Part shown: in pieces, positions 9,873 through 18,497 of the stretch
Layout: every line of letters begins with the position of its first letter
Position numbering within the stretch: position 1 is the first letter of the stretch
Assembly: GCA_963667175.2 (NCBI GenBank)
Contig: CAXXXF010000008.1
Location: forward strand, 1-51,623
Source of the DNA: Candidatus Latescibacterota bacterium
GTDB taxonomy: Bacteria; Latescibacterota; UBA2968; GCA-2709665
Length of the DNA stretch: 51,623 nt
Direction of reading: 5' to 3'
The notes under the pieces: model-generated
Seen by the model: the letters and a program-made list of their open reading frames with translations, nothing else
What the model was told of the DNA's origin: nothing
The model's database searches: none
Made by a program: the position numbers and the translations under genes

Positions 9873-11048
9873 ATGCGAATGGGTAAGACAGCAGACGCCG
9901 TGGTGATCGGCGGAGGCATCATGGGGGCCAGCGCGGCCCATTTTCTGGCGAAGAAGGGCCTCGGCGACGTCGTGCTCCTCGAAAAACGGTCGCTGGCGGC
10001 CGTGAGTACGGGGCATTCGGCCGCTGTGATCCGCACGTTTTACTCGAATGACCTGACCATTCGGACGTCCGCGACGGCGCTGCAGATGTTCGCGAACGGG
10101 GAGGAAGCGCTGGGAGGTGACTGCGACTTTCGCAATACGGGATATGTCTGTCTTCTGGGCGAGCATACTGCCGCGGCGGGACGGGCGGTGCTCGAGGCGG
10201 AGCGGCGGAACGGCACCGGCGCCGTGGAGGTGGACAGGGACGAGATCGGGGAACTGATTCCCGGTGTGAACACGGACGGGATCGTCGCGGGCATCTACGA
10301 ACCTGCTTCCGGGTACGCGGACCCCGTCAAGACGGTCCGGAACCTGGTGACGCGGGCGCAGGAATGGGGTCTGGCGTGTTGCGAGGGGGTGGAGGCAACG
10401 CGGATTCGCCTGTCCGGCAATCGGGTGACCGGCGTGGAAACCGAGGCCGGCGAAATCCGGACCGGTCTGGTGATCAACGCCGCGGGTCCCTGGGGCAGAC
10501 GGATGGGCTTGTCCGCGGGGCTGAATTATTCGCTGCGATGGAGCCGGGAGAGCGATCTGGTCTTGCGCCTGCCGGATGGATACGGGCCCCTTCCGGTCGT
10601 TTCCGATCCCAATCTGAGGGTCTACTTCCGTCCCGACGGCGACAACGGGCTGCTGGCCGGCCTGAGTTTTCCCAAAGAGGTGGAGCCGATGGACGTCGAC
10701 GCGTACGATCCGGACCTGGATGAACCCACGCGCCGCCGCATCGAGAACGGGACCTTCGAACGGGTGCCGGCGTTCCGTGAGTGCGAATACCTGAAGGGGT
10801 GGGCGTCGGTCTATACGATTACCGACGACTGGCATCCGCTGGTGGGACCCGAACCGGGGCTGGAGGGATACTATGCCTTCTTCGGCGGGAGCGGACACGG
10901 GTTCAAGCTGGGGCCGCCCATCGCCGATTCGCTGAGCGACGTGATCCTCGGCCGGACGCCGGCGTTCGACCTGCACCCGTTCCGTCCCTCCAGATTCATC
11001 GAGGGGGAACAGTTCTCGTCCGCATGGGGAGGGGGAAACCGGGGGTGA
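9873..11048 (+). CDS. FAD-dependent oxidoreductase (DAO/sarcosine oxidase beta-like)
   Basis: VIGGGIMG, LLEK, STGHSA, VINAAGPW, TDDWHPLVG and GGSGHGFKLGP. Confidence 0.9.
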   Translation: MRMGKTADAVVIGGGIMGASAAHFLAKKGLGDVVLLEKRSLAAVSTGHSAAVIRTFYSNDLTIRTSATALQMFANGEEALGGDCDFRNTGYVCLLGEHTAAAGRAVLEAERRNGTGAVEVDRDEIGELIPGVNTDGIVAGIYEPASGYADPVKTVRNLVTRAQEWGLACCEGVEATRIRLSGNRVTGVETEAGEIRTGLVINAAGPWGRRMGLSAGLNYSLRWSRESDLVLRLPDGYGPLPVVSDPNLRVYFRPDGDNGLLAGLSFPKEVEPMDVDAYDPDLDEPTRRRIENGTFERVPAFRECEYLKGWASVYTITDDWHPLVGPEPGLEGYYAFFGGSGHGFKLGPPIADSLSDVILGRTPAFDLHPFRPSRFIEGEQFSSAWGGGNRG

Positions 11049-11124
11049 GGGAAGCGGAAATTGATCTCGAGGGAACGAGTCCAACCAAGGCGGCGCTCAA
11101 CGGGCGATTCGCCTTCGTTTCGTT
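10971..11124 (+). repeat. Copy A of the duplicated oxidoreductase 3' end plus terminator-like hairpin
   Basis: Homologous to 12625-12764; core GAACAGTTCTCGTCCGCRTGGGGAGGGGGAAACCGGGGGTGAGGGAAGCGGAA. Confidence 0.9.
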
Positions 11125-11350
11125 TGAGGCGGGATAAACTTGTTCAGACTTTTCCGAGAGACCTTTCTTGCGATCCCACTTTTGCACGACCGTCGCGTCA
11201 AATTCCGAAATCGCTATTCCATTAGACACCAAATGCCGTATATTGAGAAAACTGCCGCAGGTGGTCCGAAATGCTCGTGCTGGATAAGGGAGCAGTTGTG
11301 CAGTTGTGCTGCCCCGGTAAAGCCATGAGCTGAACATCGGGAGTACCGCA

Positions 11351-11806
11351 ATGCCCTTGTCCGATGGCGAATTTGCCTCAATCCTGAATGACGATACGAA
11401 GCGGATTGATGGTGACGTTAACTGGGTTGAGGACGAGGATCACTCCCCTGCATTTGAATTCCGCGTCAACGTCACGTCGGAGAGTGGTTGGCCGCTGTTC
11501 GTCAATGGACGTTTCAATTCGCTCGCAGGTACGCTGACCTACGCGCTAATTCTGACAACCGTGGGCCGCATCTATGGTCTTGACCTCGGAAAGGATCATC
11601 ACAATCCGCAATGTGAACAGGTTGGGGAAAAGCACAAGCATAGGTGGTCAGAACGTTACAGTGATAATGAAGCATATGTACCGCGCGACGTTAAAGCACT
11701 TGTTTCGGATCCCGTGTCGGTTTGGCAGGAGTTCTGCATTGAAGCAGGCATTCGACACGATGGCGTGATGAGTAGACCGCCTGCTATTCAAGGAGAACTG
11801 TGGTAA
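11351..11806 (+). CDS. Conserved hypothetical protein, His-rich, probably DUF6978-like partner of DUF1828 proteins
   Basis: KDHHNP-C-x2-VGEKHKHRW motif; overlaps the downstream gene. Family name is from recall only. Confidence 0.55.
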   Translation: MPLSDGEFASILNDDTKRIDGDVNWVEDEDHSPAFEFRVNVTSESGWPLFVNGRFNSLAGTLTYALILTTVGRIYGLDLGKDHHNPQCEQVGEKHKHRWSERYSDNEAYVPRDVKALVSDPVSVWQEFCIEAGIRHDGVMSRPPAIQGELW

Positions 11807-12597
11807 TGGACAGCAAGGATCTGTGTCAGAAATTGGAACGGGAGATCGGCGTCTTGTTTACGTGCTCGGAACAAGGTGAATTTCACCGTATTCGAACGCC
11901 ATTTCTCTATCCGGATGGCGACAATATCGACCTCTTCTGTAAGGTCTCCAACGATTTGTTGACGATAACCGACCTTGCGGAAACCACCGGTTGGCTCCGA
12001 ATGCAGTCGTCGACTCTTCGTCGTTCCCCGAAGCAGAGACGGCTGATTGAAGATGCGTGTTTGACCCATGGGATAGAGTTCTATCGCGGCATGCTTCAAG
12101 CCCGGTGTCGACCTGGTGATCAGTTGGCGAACGTTGTAACGCGTGTAGCTCAGGCGGCGCTTCGGGTATCCGATTTGTGGTTCACGTTTCGTACACAGTC
12201 CGTGCAATCCGTTACGGATGAAGTTGCGGATATCCTCTCAGAGCGGGAGCTGGGTTACGAGCGTTCCGAAAGGCTTGCCGGCCGATCCGGACGTGGGTGG
12301 ACGGTCGACTTCCACGTCCGGGCGGAGTACAGGAGTTCTCTCGTACAGGTGTTGAGCACCGGGAATCGTGCTGCAGCGCACAGAGTTTCCGAGCACGTGT
12401 TGGCTGCCTGGCACGATCTGAATCACCTTGCATCAGGGCCGGAGGCACTGACTTTCGTCTCCTTGTTCGACGATACTGCCGACGTCTGGGCAGATGAGGA
12501 CTTTCGGTTGGTTGAACCGCTATCTATGGTGTCGCGCTGGTCGAGGCCGGACGAGTTTATCGCTGTTGTCAGTGGAGAGACCCAGAGTTTGCCATGA
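11800..12597 (+). CDS. DUF1828 domain protein
   Basis: IRTPFLYPDGDNIDLF, ITDLAET and a C-terminal GRSG..W.VDF. Confidence 0.75.
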   Translation: MVMDSKDLCQKLEREIGVLFTCSEQGEFHRIRTPFLYPDGDNIDLFCKVSNDLLTITDLAETTGWLRMQSSTLRRSPKQRRLIEDACLTHGIEFYRGMLQARCRPGDQLANVVTRVAQAALRVSDLWFTFRTQSVQSVTDEVADILSERELGYERSERLAGRSGRGWTVDFHVRAEYRSSLVQVLSTGNRAAAHRVSEHVLAAWHDLNHLASGPEALTFVSLFDDTADVWADEDFRLVEPLSMVSRWSRPDEFIAVVSGETQSLP

Positions 12598-12624
12598 AGC
12601 CGCGCCACGGCCGGGAAGCCTGAA

Positions 12625-12764
12625 CTGCGCCCGTTCCGTCCCGATAGGTTCGTTGAGTCCGAACAGTTCTCGTCCGCGTGGGGAGGGGGAAACCGGGGGT
12701 GAGGGAAGCGGAAGCCATCTTCGAGGAAGGCGACTCGCCACCGGTGATTCGCCTTTCTTTCGTT
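12625..12764 (+). pseudogene. Copy B: orphan 3' end of the FAD oxidoreductase plus terminator-like hairpin
   Basis: Translates LRPFRPDRFVESEQFSSAWGGGNRG*, against LHPFRPSRFIEGEQFSSAWGGGNRG* in the intact gene. Confidence 0.85.
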
Positions 12765-12797
12765 AGTGCAGAGGCCAACCGGGCGTCTTGATTACCA

Positions 12798-12825
12798 ATA
12801 GGGGCGAGCGGCCGGTCGCCCCTGC
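12798..12825. repeat. REP palindrome (degenerate) upstream of hsdM
   Basis: ATAGGGGCGAGCGGCCGGTCGCCCCTGC. Confidence 0.75.
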
Positions 12826-12836
12826 AAGGAATTCCG

Positions 12837-15284
12837 ATGACAACCAACGCCAACCTGAACTGGATTGTCAACTACATATGGGGAATCGCCGATGACGTCC
12901 TCCGCGACATGTACGTGCGCGGCAAGTACCGCGACGTGATCCTGCCGATGACCGTGCTGCGCCGGCTGGACGCGGTTCTGGAGGAAAGCAAGCAGGCGGT
13001 CCTGGACATGAAGACCAACCTCGACAAGGCCGGGGTTATCGAGCAGGACGCAACCCTGCGACAAGTCGCGGGACAGGCCTTTTACAATACATCAAAGTTC
13101 ACCCTGCGCGACCTGCGCGCCCGCGCCAATCGCCAGCAGCTCGAGGCCGACTTCAGGGCGTGGCTGGACGGGTTTTCGCCGAACGTCCAGGACATCCTTG
13201 AAAACTTCGAGTTCCGAAACCAGGTCTCCCGGCTATCCAGGGCCGATGCATTGGGCACGCTCATCGAAAAGCTCACGTCACCTGACGTCAACCTGAGCCC
13301 GGACCCGGTGCACAACGCCGACGGAACGGTCAGGCACGCCGGCCTGGACAACCATGGCATGGGCACGATCTTCGAGGAACTGATCCGGCGTTTCAACGAG
13401 GAGAACAACGAAGAGGCGGGAGAACACTGGACCCCGCGCGACGCCGTCACGCTGATGGCGAAGCTGGTCTTTCTGCCCGTCGCTGACGAGATCACATCCA
13501 GCACCTACCTGATCTACGACGGCGCATGCGGTACAGGCGGCATGTTGACCGTGGCCGAAGAGGTACTTCAGCAACTCGCCGCCGAGCGCGGCGAACAGGT
13601 CTCCACCCATCTGTACGGACAGGAAATCAACGCAGAGACCTACGCGATTTGCAAGGCCGACCTTCTGTTGAAGGGAGAAGGAGACGCCGCCGACAACATC
13701 GTGGGCGGTCCGGAGCATTCCACCCTGGCCAACGACGCGTTCCCGTCCCAGGAGTTCGACTTCATGCTCTCCAATCCGCCCTATGGGAAGAGCTGGAAGA
13801 CCGATCTGGAGCGCATGGGCGGTAAGAAGGAAATGCGGGACCCGCGTTTCGTGATCGAGCACGCGGAGGATCCCGAATATTCGCTGGTCACACGTTCCAG
13901 CGACGGCCAGATGCTCTTCCTCGCCAACAAGCTTTCCAAGATGAAGGAGGGCGGCAGTCGCATCGCCGAGGTGCACAACGGCAGTTCGCTGTTCACAGGC
14001 GACGCCGGCCAGGGCGAGAGCAACATCCGCCGCTGGATCATCGAGAATGACTGGCTGGAGGCGATCGTCGCTCTGCCGCATAATATGTTCTACAACACCG
14101 GCATCGCGACCTACGTGTGGGTGATCACCAACCGAAAGCCGGAGCACCGCCGGGGCATGGTGCAGTTGATCGATGCCACGGAGTGGTACCGGCCGCTGCG
14201 CAAGAACCTGGGCAAGAAGAACTGCGAACTCGGCGAGGAAAACGTCCGGCGCATCTGCGACACGTTCCTGGCCTTCGAGGAAACCGAGCAGAGCAAGATC
14301 TTCGACAACGCCGCCTTCGGCTACTGGAAGGTGACGGTCGAACGGCCGCTGCGGCTCGAAGGGATTGACCCCGACCGCGTCTATAAGGCCTCCGAAATCA
14401 AGAAGCTGAAGGAGAGTTGCGAGCGAAGCGAAACCGCGCCCCCTGTCATCAAGAAAATCCACAAAAAGGGCACGGAAGCCGACCCGCTTTGCGGCAGGTT
14501 CGAGGCGAGTGTCGACGGCAAGCCAACCGTCGTCGAGTACGAGCCGGACACCGACCTGCGCGACACCGAGCAGATTCAGCTTCAGGAGGAAGGCGGCATC
14601 GAAGCGTTCCTGAAGCGGGAGGTCCTGCCCTACGCGCCCGACGCTTGGTTCCGACCGGACAGTGTCAGGATCGGCTACGAGATAAGCTTTACGCGATACT
14701 TCTACAAACCCCAGCCGATGCGGACCCTGGAGGAAATCGGGGCGGATATCAGAGCGCTGGAGAAAGAGACCGAGGGGTTACTCGGCGACCTGCCGATGGT
14801 ACGCGAGGCCAAACCCGCCTACACGACCAGGCCCAGGGTTTACGTGGACACCTCGGTCATCGGCGGCTGCCATGACGATGAGTTTCGCGAAGCCTCATTG
14901 CGCCTGTTCGAGCTTTTTCGCCGAGGCGACGCAACGCTGGTCATTTCGGAAGTGACACTCGCGGAATTGAAGATCGCGCCACCCGATGTAACTGCCATTT
15001 TCAATCAGGTTCCCGATCCTCACGTGGAGACACTTCCGGAATCTGCAGAGGCGTCAAGACTTGCTGACGCTTACATTACATCCGGTGCGATAGGCCCCGC
15101 CCAATACAATGATGCCCTGCACGTGGCGATCGCCAGCCTGGGCAAAGTCGACGTCATCGCAAGCTGGAACTTCAGGCACATGGTAAACTGGGGCCGCATT
15201 CAGGTCTATAACAGAGTCAATCAGGAGCTCGGCTATCCGGCTATAGACATTCGATCCCCGGAGGTATTTACTCATGAGCAGTAA
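12837..15284 (+). CDS. hsdM: Type I R-M methyltransferase subunit M fused to a C-terminal PIN domain
   Basis: IWGIADDVLRD, YRDVILPMTVLRR, AGEHWTPRD, YDGACGTGGML (SAM binding), NPPY and IGYEISFTRYFY. It continues in frame into YVDTSVIGG...E...DALHVA..SWNFRH (PIN). Confidence 0.92.
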   Translation: MTTNANLNWIVNYIWGIADDVLRDMYVRGKYRDVILPMTVLRRLDAVLEESKQAVLDMKTNLDKAGVIEQDATLRQVAGQAFYNTSKFTLRDLRARANRQQLEADFRAWLDGFSPNVQDILENFEFRNQVSRLSRADALGTLIEKLTSPDVNLSPDPVHNADGTVRHAGLDNHGMGTIFEELIRRFNEENNEEAGEHWTPRDAVTLMAKLVFLPVADEITSSTYLIYDGACGTGGMLTVAEEVLQQLAAERGEQVSTHLYGQEINAETYAICKADLLLKGEGDAADNIVGGPEHSTLANDAFPSQEFDFMLSNPPYGKSWKTDLERMGGKKEMRDPRFVIEHAEDPEYSLVTRSSDGQMLFLANKLSKMKEGGSRIAEVHNGSSLFTGDAGQGESNIRRWIIENDWLEAIVALPHNMFYNTGIATYVWVITNRKPEHRRGMVQLIDATEWYRPLRKNLGKKNCELGEENVRRICDTFLAFEETEQSKIFDNAAFGYWKVTVERPLRLEGIDPDRVYKASEIKKLKESCERSETAPPVIKKIHKKGTEADPLCGRFEASVDGKPTVVEYEPDTDLRDTEQIQLQEEGGIEAFLKREVLPYAPDAWFRPDSVRIGYEISFTRYFYKPQPMRTLEEIGADIRALEKETEGLLGDLPMVREAKPAYTTRPRVYVDTSVIGGCHDDEFREASLRLFELFRRGDATLVISEVTLAELKIAPPDVTAIFNQVPDPHVETLPESAEASRLADAYITSGAIGPAQYNDALHVAIASLGKVDVIASWNFRHMVNWGRIQVYNRVNQELGYPAIDIRSPEVFTHEQ

Positions 15285-15480
15285 ATCCACCCCGAAGGAA
15301 TTCGACTGCGTGAAGTTCACGCGCGAAGTACGTGCGCAGTTGTACAAGGAAACCGCGCATATGACTGTAGAGGAGAAGGTGGACTATTATCGAAACCAGA
15401 CGTACACCGACCCGGTGCTGGCCCGTCTGGCGTCCAAGGCCCGTCCACCCAAGGAAACAGATCCTGCTCTCCGCGACTGA
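15274..15480 (+). CDS. Small PIN-associated putative antitoxin
   Basis: FDCVKFTREVR...MT.EE...YYR; overlaps the PIN stop; paralog of 16110-16307. Confidence 0.65.
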   Translation: MSSKSTPKEFDCVKFTREVRAQLYKETAHMTVEEKVDYYRNQTYTDPVLARLASKARPPKETDPALRD

Positions 15481-16120
15481 TGCCTGGTATCGACCCGATA
15501 GCGTGCGGACCGGCTACGAGATCAGCTTTACGCGATACTTCTACAAACCCCAGCCGATGCGGACGTTAGAGGAAATAGGGGCGGATATCAAAGCGCTGGA
15601 GAAAGAGACCGAAGGGCTGCTCGGCGACCTGCCGTTGGTGCGCGAACCGCCGGCTGTGTACGGCAAACCGCGCATCTACGTAGACACCTCGGTGATCGGC
15701 GGGTGTCTGGACGAGGAGGTCCGTGAGGCATCCATGGAGTTGTTTGATAAGTTCAAGCACGGAGATGCTATCCTCATTTATTCAGAAGTCATTCTCAGGG
15801 AACTGGCGGGGGCACCGGAAAGCGTGCGCAATGTGATCGATCAGATTCCCGCTGCGAACAAAGAGATGCTCTTTCTCACAGATGAGGCAGAACGGCTTGC
15901 GGACGCATACATTGGTTCCGGGGCTCTGGGCCTTGCGAACCGCGCCGACGCGGAGCATATCGCCCTGGCAACCCTGGCTGAGGCCGACGTTTTGGCAAGC
16001 TGGAATTTCAGGCACATGGTGAACTGGCGACGAAACCGGTTGTACAACGCAGTCAACCGGCAAATGGGGTACGAGGAATTGAACGTCCTATCCCCGGAGG
16101 CGATCAGCTATGACAAATGA
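15479..16120 (+). CDS. Orphan cassette: duplicated HsdM C-terminal tail fused to a second PIN domain
   Basis: DAWYRPDSVRTGYEISFTRYFYKPQPMRTLEEIGADIKALEKETEGLLGDLP followed by IYVDTSVIGG..DAEHIA..SWNFRH. No clear RBS, so it may be silent. Confidence 0.8.
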   Translation, partial: DAWYRPDSVRTGYEISFTRYFYKPQPMRTLEEIGADIKALEKETEGLLGDLPLVREPPAVYGKPRIYVDTSVIGGCLDEEVREASMELFDKFKHGDAILIYSEVILRELAGAPESVRNVIDQIPAANKEMLFLTDEAERLADAYIGSGALGLANRADAEHIALATLAEADVLASWNFRHMVNWRRNRLYNAVNRQMGYEELNVLSPEAISYDK

Positions 16121-16307
16121 TACCGCAACCGAGAGGTTCGACTGCATCCGCTTTGTGCGTGAGGTTCGTGCGAGGATTGCCGCAGAAACAGCCGGCATGA
16201 GCCCTGCAGAGCGCATCCAGTACTATCGCACGTATCGCTATGAAGATCCTGTTCTGGAACGACTGGCGGCGCCATTGCGCGAATCGGACACGGACATAAG
16301 AGGGTGA
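16110..16307 (+). CDS. Small PIN-associated putative antitoxin (paralog 2)
   Basis: FDCIRFVREVR...MS..E.IQYYR..Y.DPVL.RLA. Confidence 0.65.
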   Translation: MTNDTATERFDCIRFVREVRARIAAETAGMSPAERIQYYRTYRYEDPVLERLAAPLRESDTDIRG

Positions 16308-16399
16308 ACCCTGATATTTACCCGGTCGTGCAGCCTGCAAGAGACAGGGTTTGCACGTTAATTCATATAAATCCGCCGCAACTAGACACGTCAAAGCCA

Positions 16400-16516
16400 A
16401 ATCGGATTCGGCGATACATCGCGGATCACCCGGCCCAATGGTCGAAGGAATGGTAGAATTCTGCCGTTAGGTATGGCCAGGATCCTATCGCCGTCGGGGC
16501 GACCGGCCGGTCGCCT
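16400..16516 (+). pseudogene. Degenerate RAYT 3' end remnant followed by a degenerate REP
   Basis: ATCGGATTCGGCGATACATCGCGGA...CTGCCGTTAGG resembles 18080-18151; it is followed by GTCGGGGCGACCGGCCGGTCGCC. Confidence 0.65.
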
Positions 16517-16559
16517 GCGCCTGCATTGACGCTGTGACAGCCGCCGAATTCGGGAGGAG

Positions 16560-16889
16560 ATGGAAATGACAACGGAAACCCTGAATCAGCATATTGAGAT
16601 CACCCCGGGCATTTCAGGTGGCAAACCGCGCATTGTCGGTCGTCGAATTGCCGTCGAGAATATCGTCATCTGGCACGAGCGCCTGGGCAAGAGCGCCGAC
16701 GAAATCGCCAGTGATTACGACGTTTCCCTGGCGGATGTGTACGCGGCACTGGCTTACTATTTCGATCATCAGAATGAGATTGACCGATCGCTTGAGGAGA
16801 GTCGAGCATTTGTAGATTCCTTGCGTCAGAAGTTTTCTTCGAAGATTTCCCAAAAGATCCAAGACTCGACCCAACATGGCAACGATTAA
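16560..16889 (+). CDS. DUF433 antitoxin (VapB45-like)
   Basis: ITPGISGGKPRI.GRRI.V and EIA.DY.VSLADVYAALAYY. Confidence 0.88.
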   Translation: MEMTTETLNQHIEITPGISGGKPRIVGRRIAVENIVIWHERLGKSADEIASDYDVSLADVYAALAYYFDHQNEIDRSLEESRAFVDSLRQKFSSKISQKIQDSTQHGND

Positions 16890-17205
16890 GTTTTTGACCG
16901 ATGAGAATGTCTCCAGAGCAGTTGTAATGGGACTCCGTCGGAGAGGCGTGGACGTACTGACTGTTGCCGAAGCCGGGAATCTTGGTGCGTCAGACGAGGC
17001 AATCCTTGGAATTGCCAGGGAAACAGAACGAGTCATCTTCACGCAGGACGATGACTTTCTTCGTCTTGCAGCGTTTGTACCTGACCACAGAGGAATTGTC
17101 TACACGTCTCAAGAAAACACGGTTGGTGAGATAATTCGTGGCTTGATGTTGAACTATCAGGTTTTGGAAGCCGAAGAGATGGCCGGGCATGTTGAATACC
17201 TGTAG
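16876..17205 (+). CDS. DUF5615 PIN-like toxin (VapC45-like)
   Basis: FLTDENV, DEAIL, IFTQDDDF and HRGIV. Confidence 0.85.
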   Translation: MATIKFLTDENVSRAVVMGLRRRGVDVLTVAEAGNLGASDEAILGIARETERVIFTQDDDFLRLAAFVPDHRGIVYTSQENTVGEIIRGLMLNYQVLEAEEMAGHVEYL

Positions 17206-17227
17206 AACACAAGGAAGTCGTGGCTAA

Positions 17228-17406
17228 CAGTCCGTTGAAAAAGTCGCTCTGCAGGCGAGGCCGAGTCATTGTGGCCGAAGACAAGGCGCGCGACCGACGC
17301 GCATCCCTGGATTCGGGGAGGGAGCGCCTGCCTGCTGCAGGCAGGCAACGCAGTAACTCGGCCACAAGGGCCGGACGCAGACCGGATGGACTTTTTCAAC
17401 GGGCTG
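17228..17406. mobile_element. 179 bp MITE with IS-like termini and CTAA target duplication
   Basis: Left end CAGTCCGTTGAAAAAGTC, right end GACTTTTTCAACGGGCTG, CTAA at 17224-17227 and 17407-17410. Confidence 0.85.
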
Positions 17407-17481
17407 CTAACTCAGACCCATGAATTCTGACCACGCCCGGGTCTGGCCTCTGCTGCTCACACCTGGGACCTGACCACCCTC

Positions 17482-17600
17482 AAGATCGGCTATGAAATCA
17501 GCTTCACGCGATACTTCTACAAACCCCAGCCGATGCGGACGTTGGAAGAAATTCGTGCCGATATTTCGTCAGTGGAGAGAGAGGCCAGAGGGGTATTTGG
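17482..17600 (+). repeat. Third copy of the hsdM 3' tail, in frame with RAYT
   Basis: KIGYEISFTRYFYKPQPMRTLEEIRADISSVEREARG. Confidence 0.85.
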
Positions 17601-17619
17601 ACGAAAATCTGAAGGAAAA

Positions 17620-18174
17620 ATGAACCCCTCCTGCGATCTGGAGAAATATCACCGTCGGTCGATCCGATTGCGTGACTACGATTATTCGCGATCTGGCGCA
17701 TACTTTGTCACTGTCTGCACGAAGGGGCAGGAACTACTGTTTGGCAATGTGAGTGATGGTGACGTGGAACTAAACGAATTTGGTCGTATTGCAGCAGAGG
17801 AATGGCTGCAATCTGCACGGATCCGCGACGAGATCGAACTGGACGCCTGGATTGTCATGCCCAACCATGTCCATGGTATCGTCATCATTACCGACGAACA
17901 CAGCAGGGGCGACCGGCCGGTCGCCCCAAGCGGACCACGATCGAGGTCTCTCGGCGCGATGATGGCAGGATTCAAATCTGCTGCAACCAAACGCATCAAC
18001 TCGATTCGTTGCGCGCCCGGTGCATCCGTTTGGCAACGCAATTACTACGAACACGTTATCAGAAACCAATCCGTGCTTTATCGGATTCGACAATACATCG
18101 CGGAGAACCCTGCCGGATGGCCGGAAGACCCGGAGAATCCTGCCGTGAGGGGCCGTAGGGATACATTTGGCTGA
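17620..18174 (+). CDS. REP-associated tyrosine transposase (RAYT, Y1 HUH)
   Basis: HRRSIRL..YDYS..GAYFVT.CT, MPNHVHGI (HUH), FKS, WQRNYYEHVIR and YIAENP. Contains an in-frame REP at 17903-17927. Confidence 0.93.
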   Translation: MNPSCDLEKYHRRSIRLRDYDYSRSGAYFVTVCTKGQELLFGNVSDGDVELNEFGRIAAEEWLQSARIRDEIELDAWIVMPNHVHGIVIITDEHSRGDRPVAPSGPRSRSLGAMMAGFKSAATKRINSIRCAPGASVWQRNYYEHVIRNQSVLYRIRQYIAENPAGWPEDPENPAVRGRRDTFG

Positions 18175-18319
18175 TTAGAGACCGGCCTTAACGTCGAACG
18201 AACGGTCCATCTAATCGCCGTAGGGGCGACCGAACAGGACGCGACAAGCGATCGATGCGGCCATTCGGCGTCGGGACGACCGAACAGGGCCTGACACACA
18301 CCCGATTCAACCATACGGT

Positions 18320-18347
18320 GTAGGGGCGACCGGCCGGTCGCCCCTAC
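18320..18347. repeat. REP type 1 (also at 18772-18798, 19217-19244 and 22112-22139)
   Basis: Perfect palindrome GTAGGGGCGACCGGCCGGTCGCCCCTAC. Confidence 0.92.
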
Positions 18348-18468
18348 AATGGTGAATGTGATCATGACCACAGATCTCAATTCCTATCCTGCCTATATGG
18401 ACTCTGGCGTAGAATGGCTGGGGAAGGTGCCGGCGCAGGAGCATCGGGCCGTCGAATGTTTGAAGGAT

Positions 18469-18497
18469 GTAGGGGCAGGTTTGAAACCTGCCCCTAC
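18469..18497. repeat. REP type 2 (also at 18914-18942)
   Basis: GTAGGGGCAGGTTTGAAACCTGCCCCTAC hairpin. Confidence 0.9.

Noticed and set aside
14640-17600. Diversity-generating retroelement TR/VR pair
   Set aside because: No reverse transcriptase is present, and the differences between copies look mostly synonymous rather than adenine-specific.
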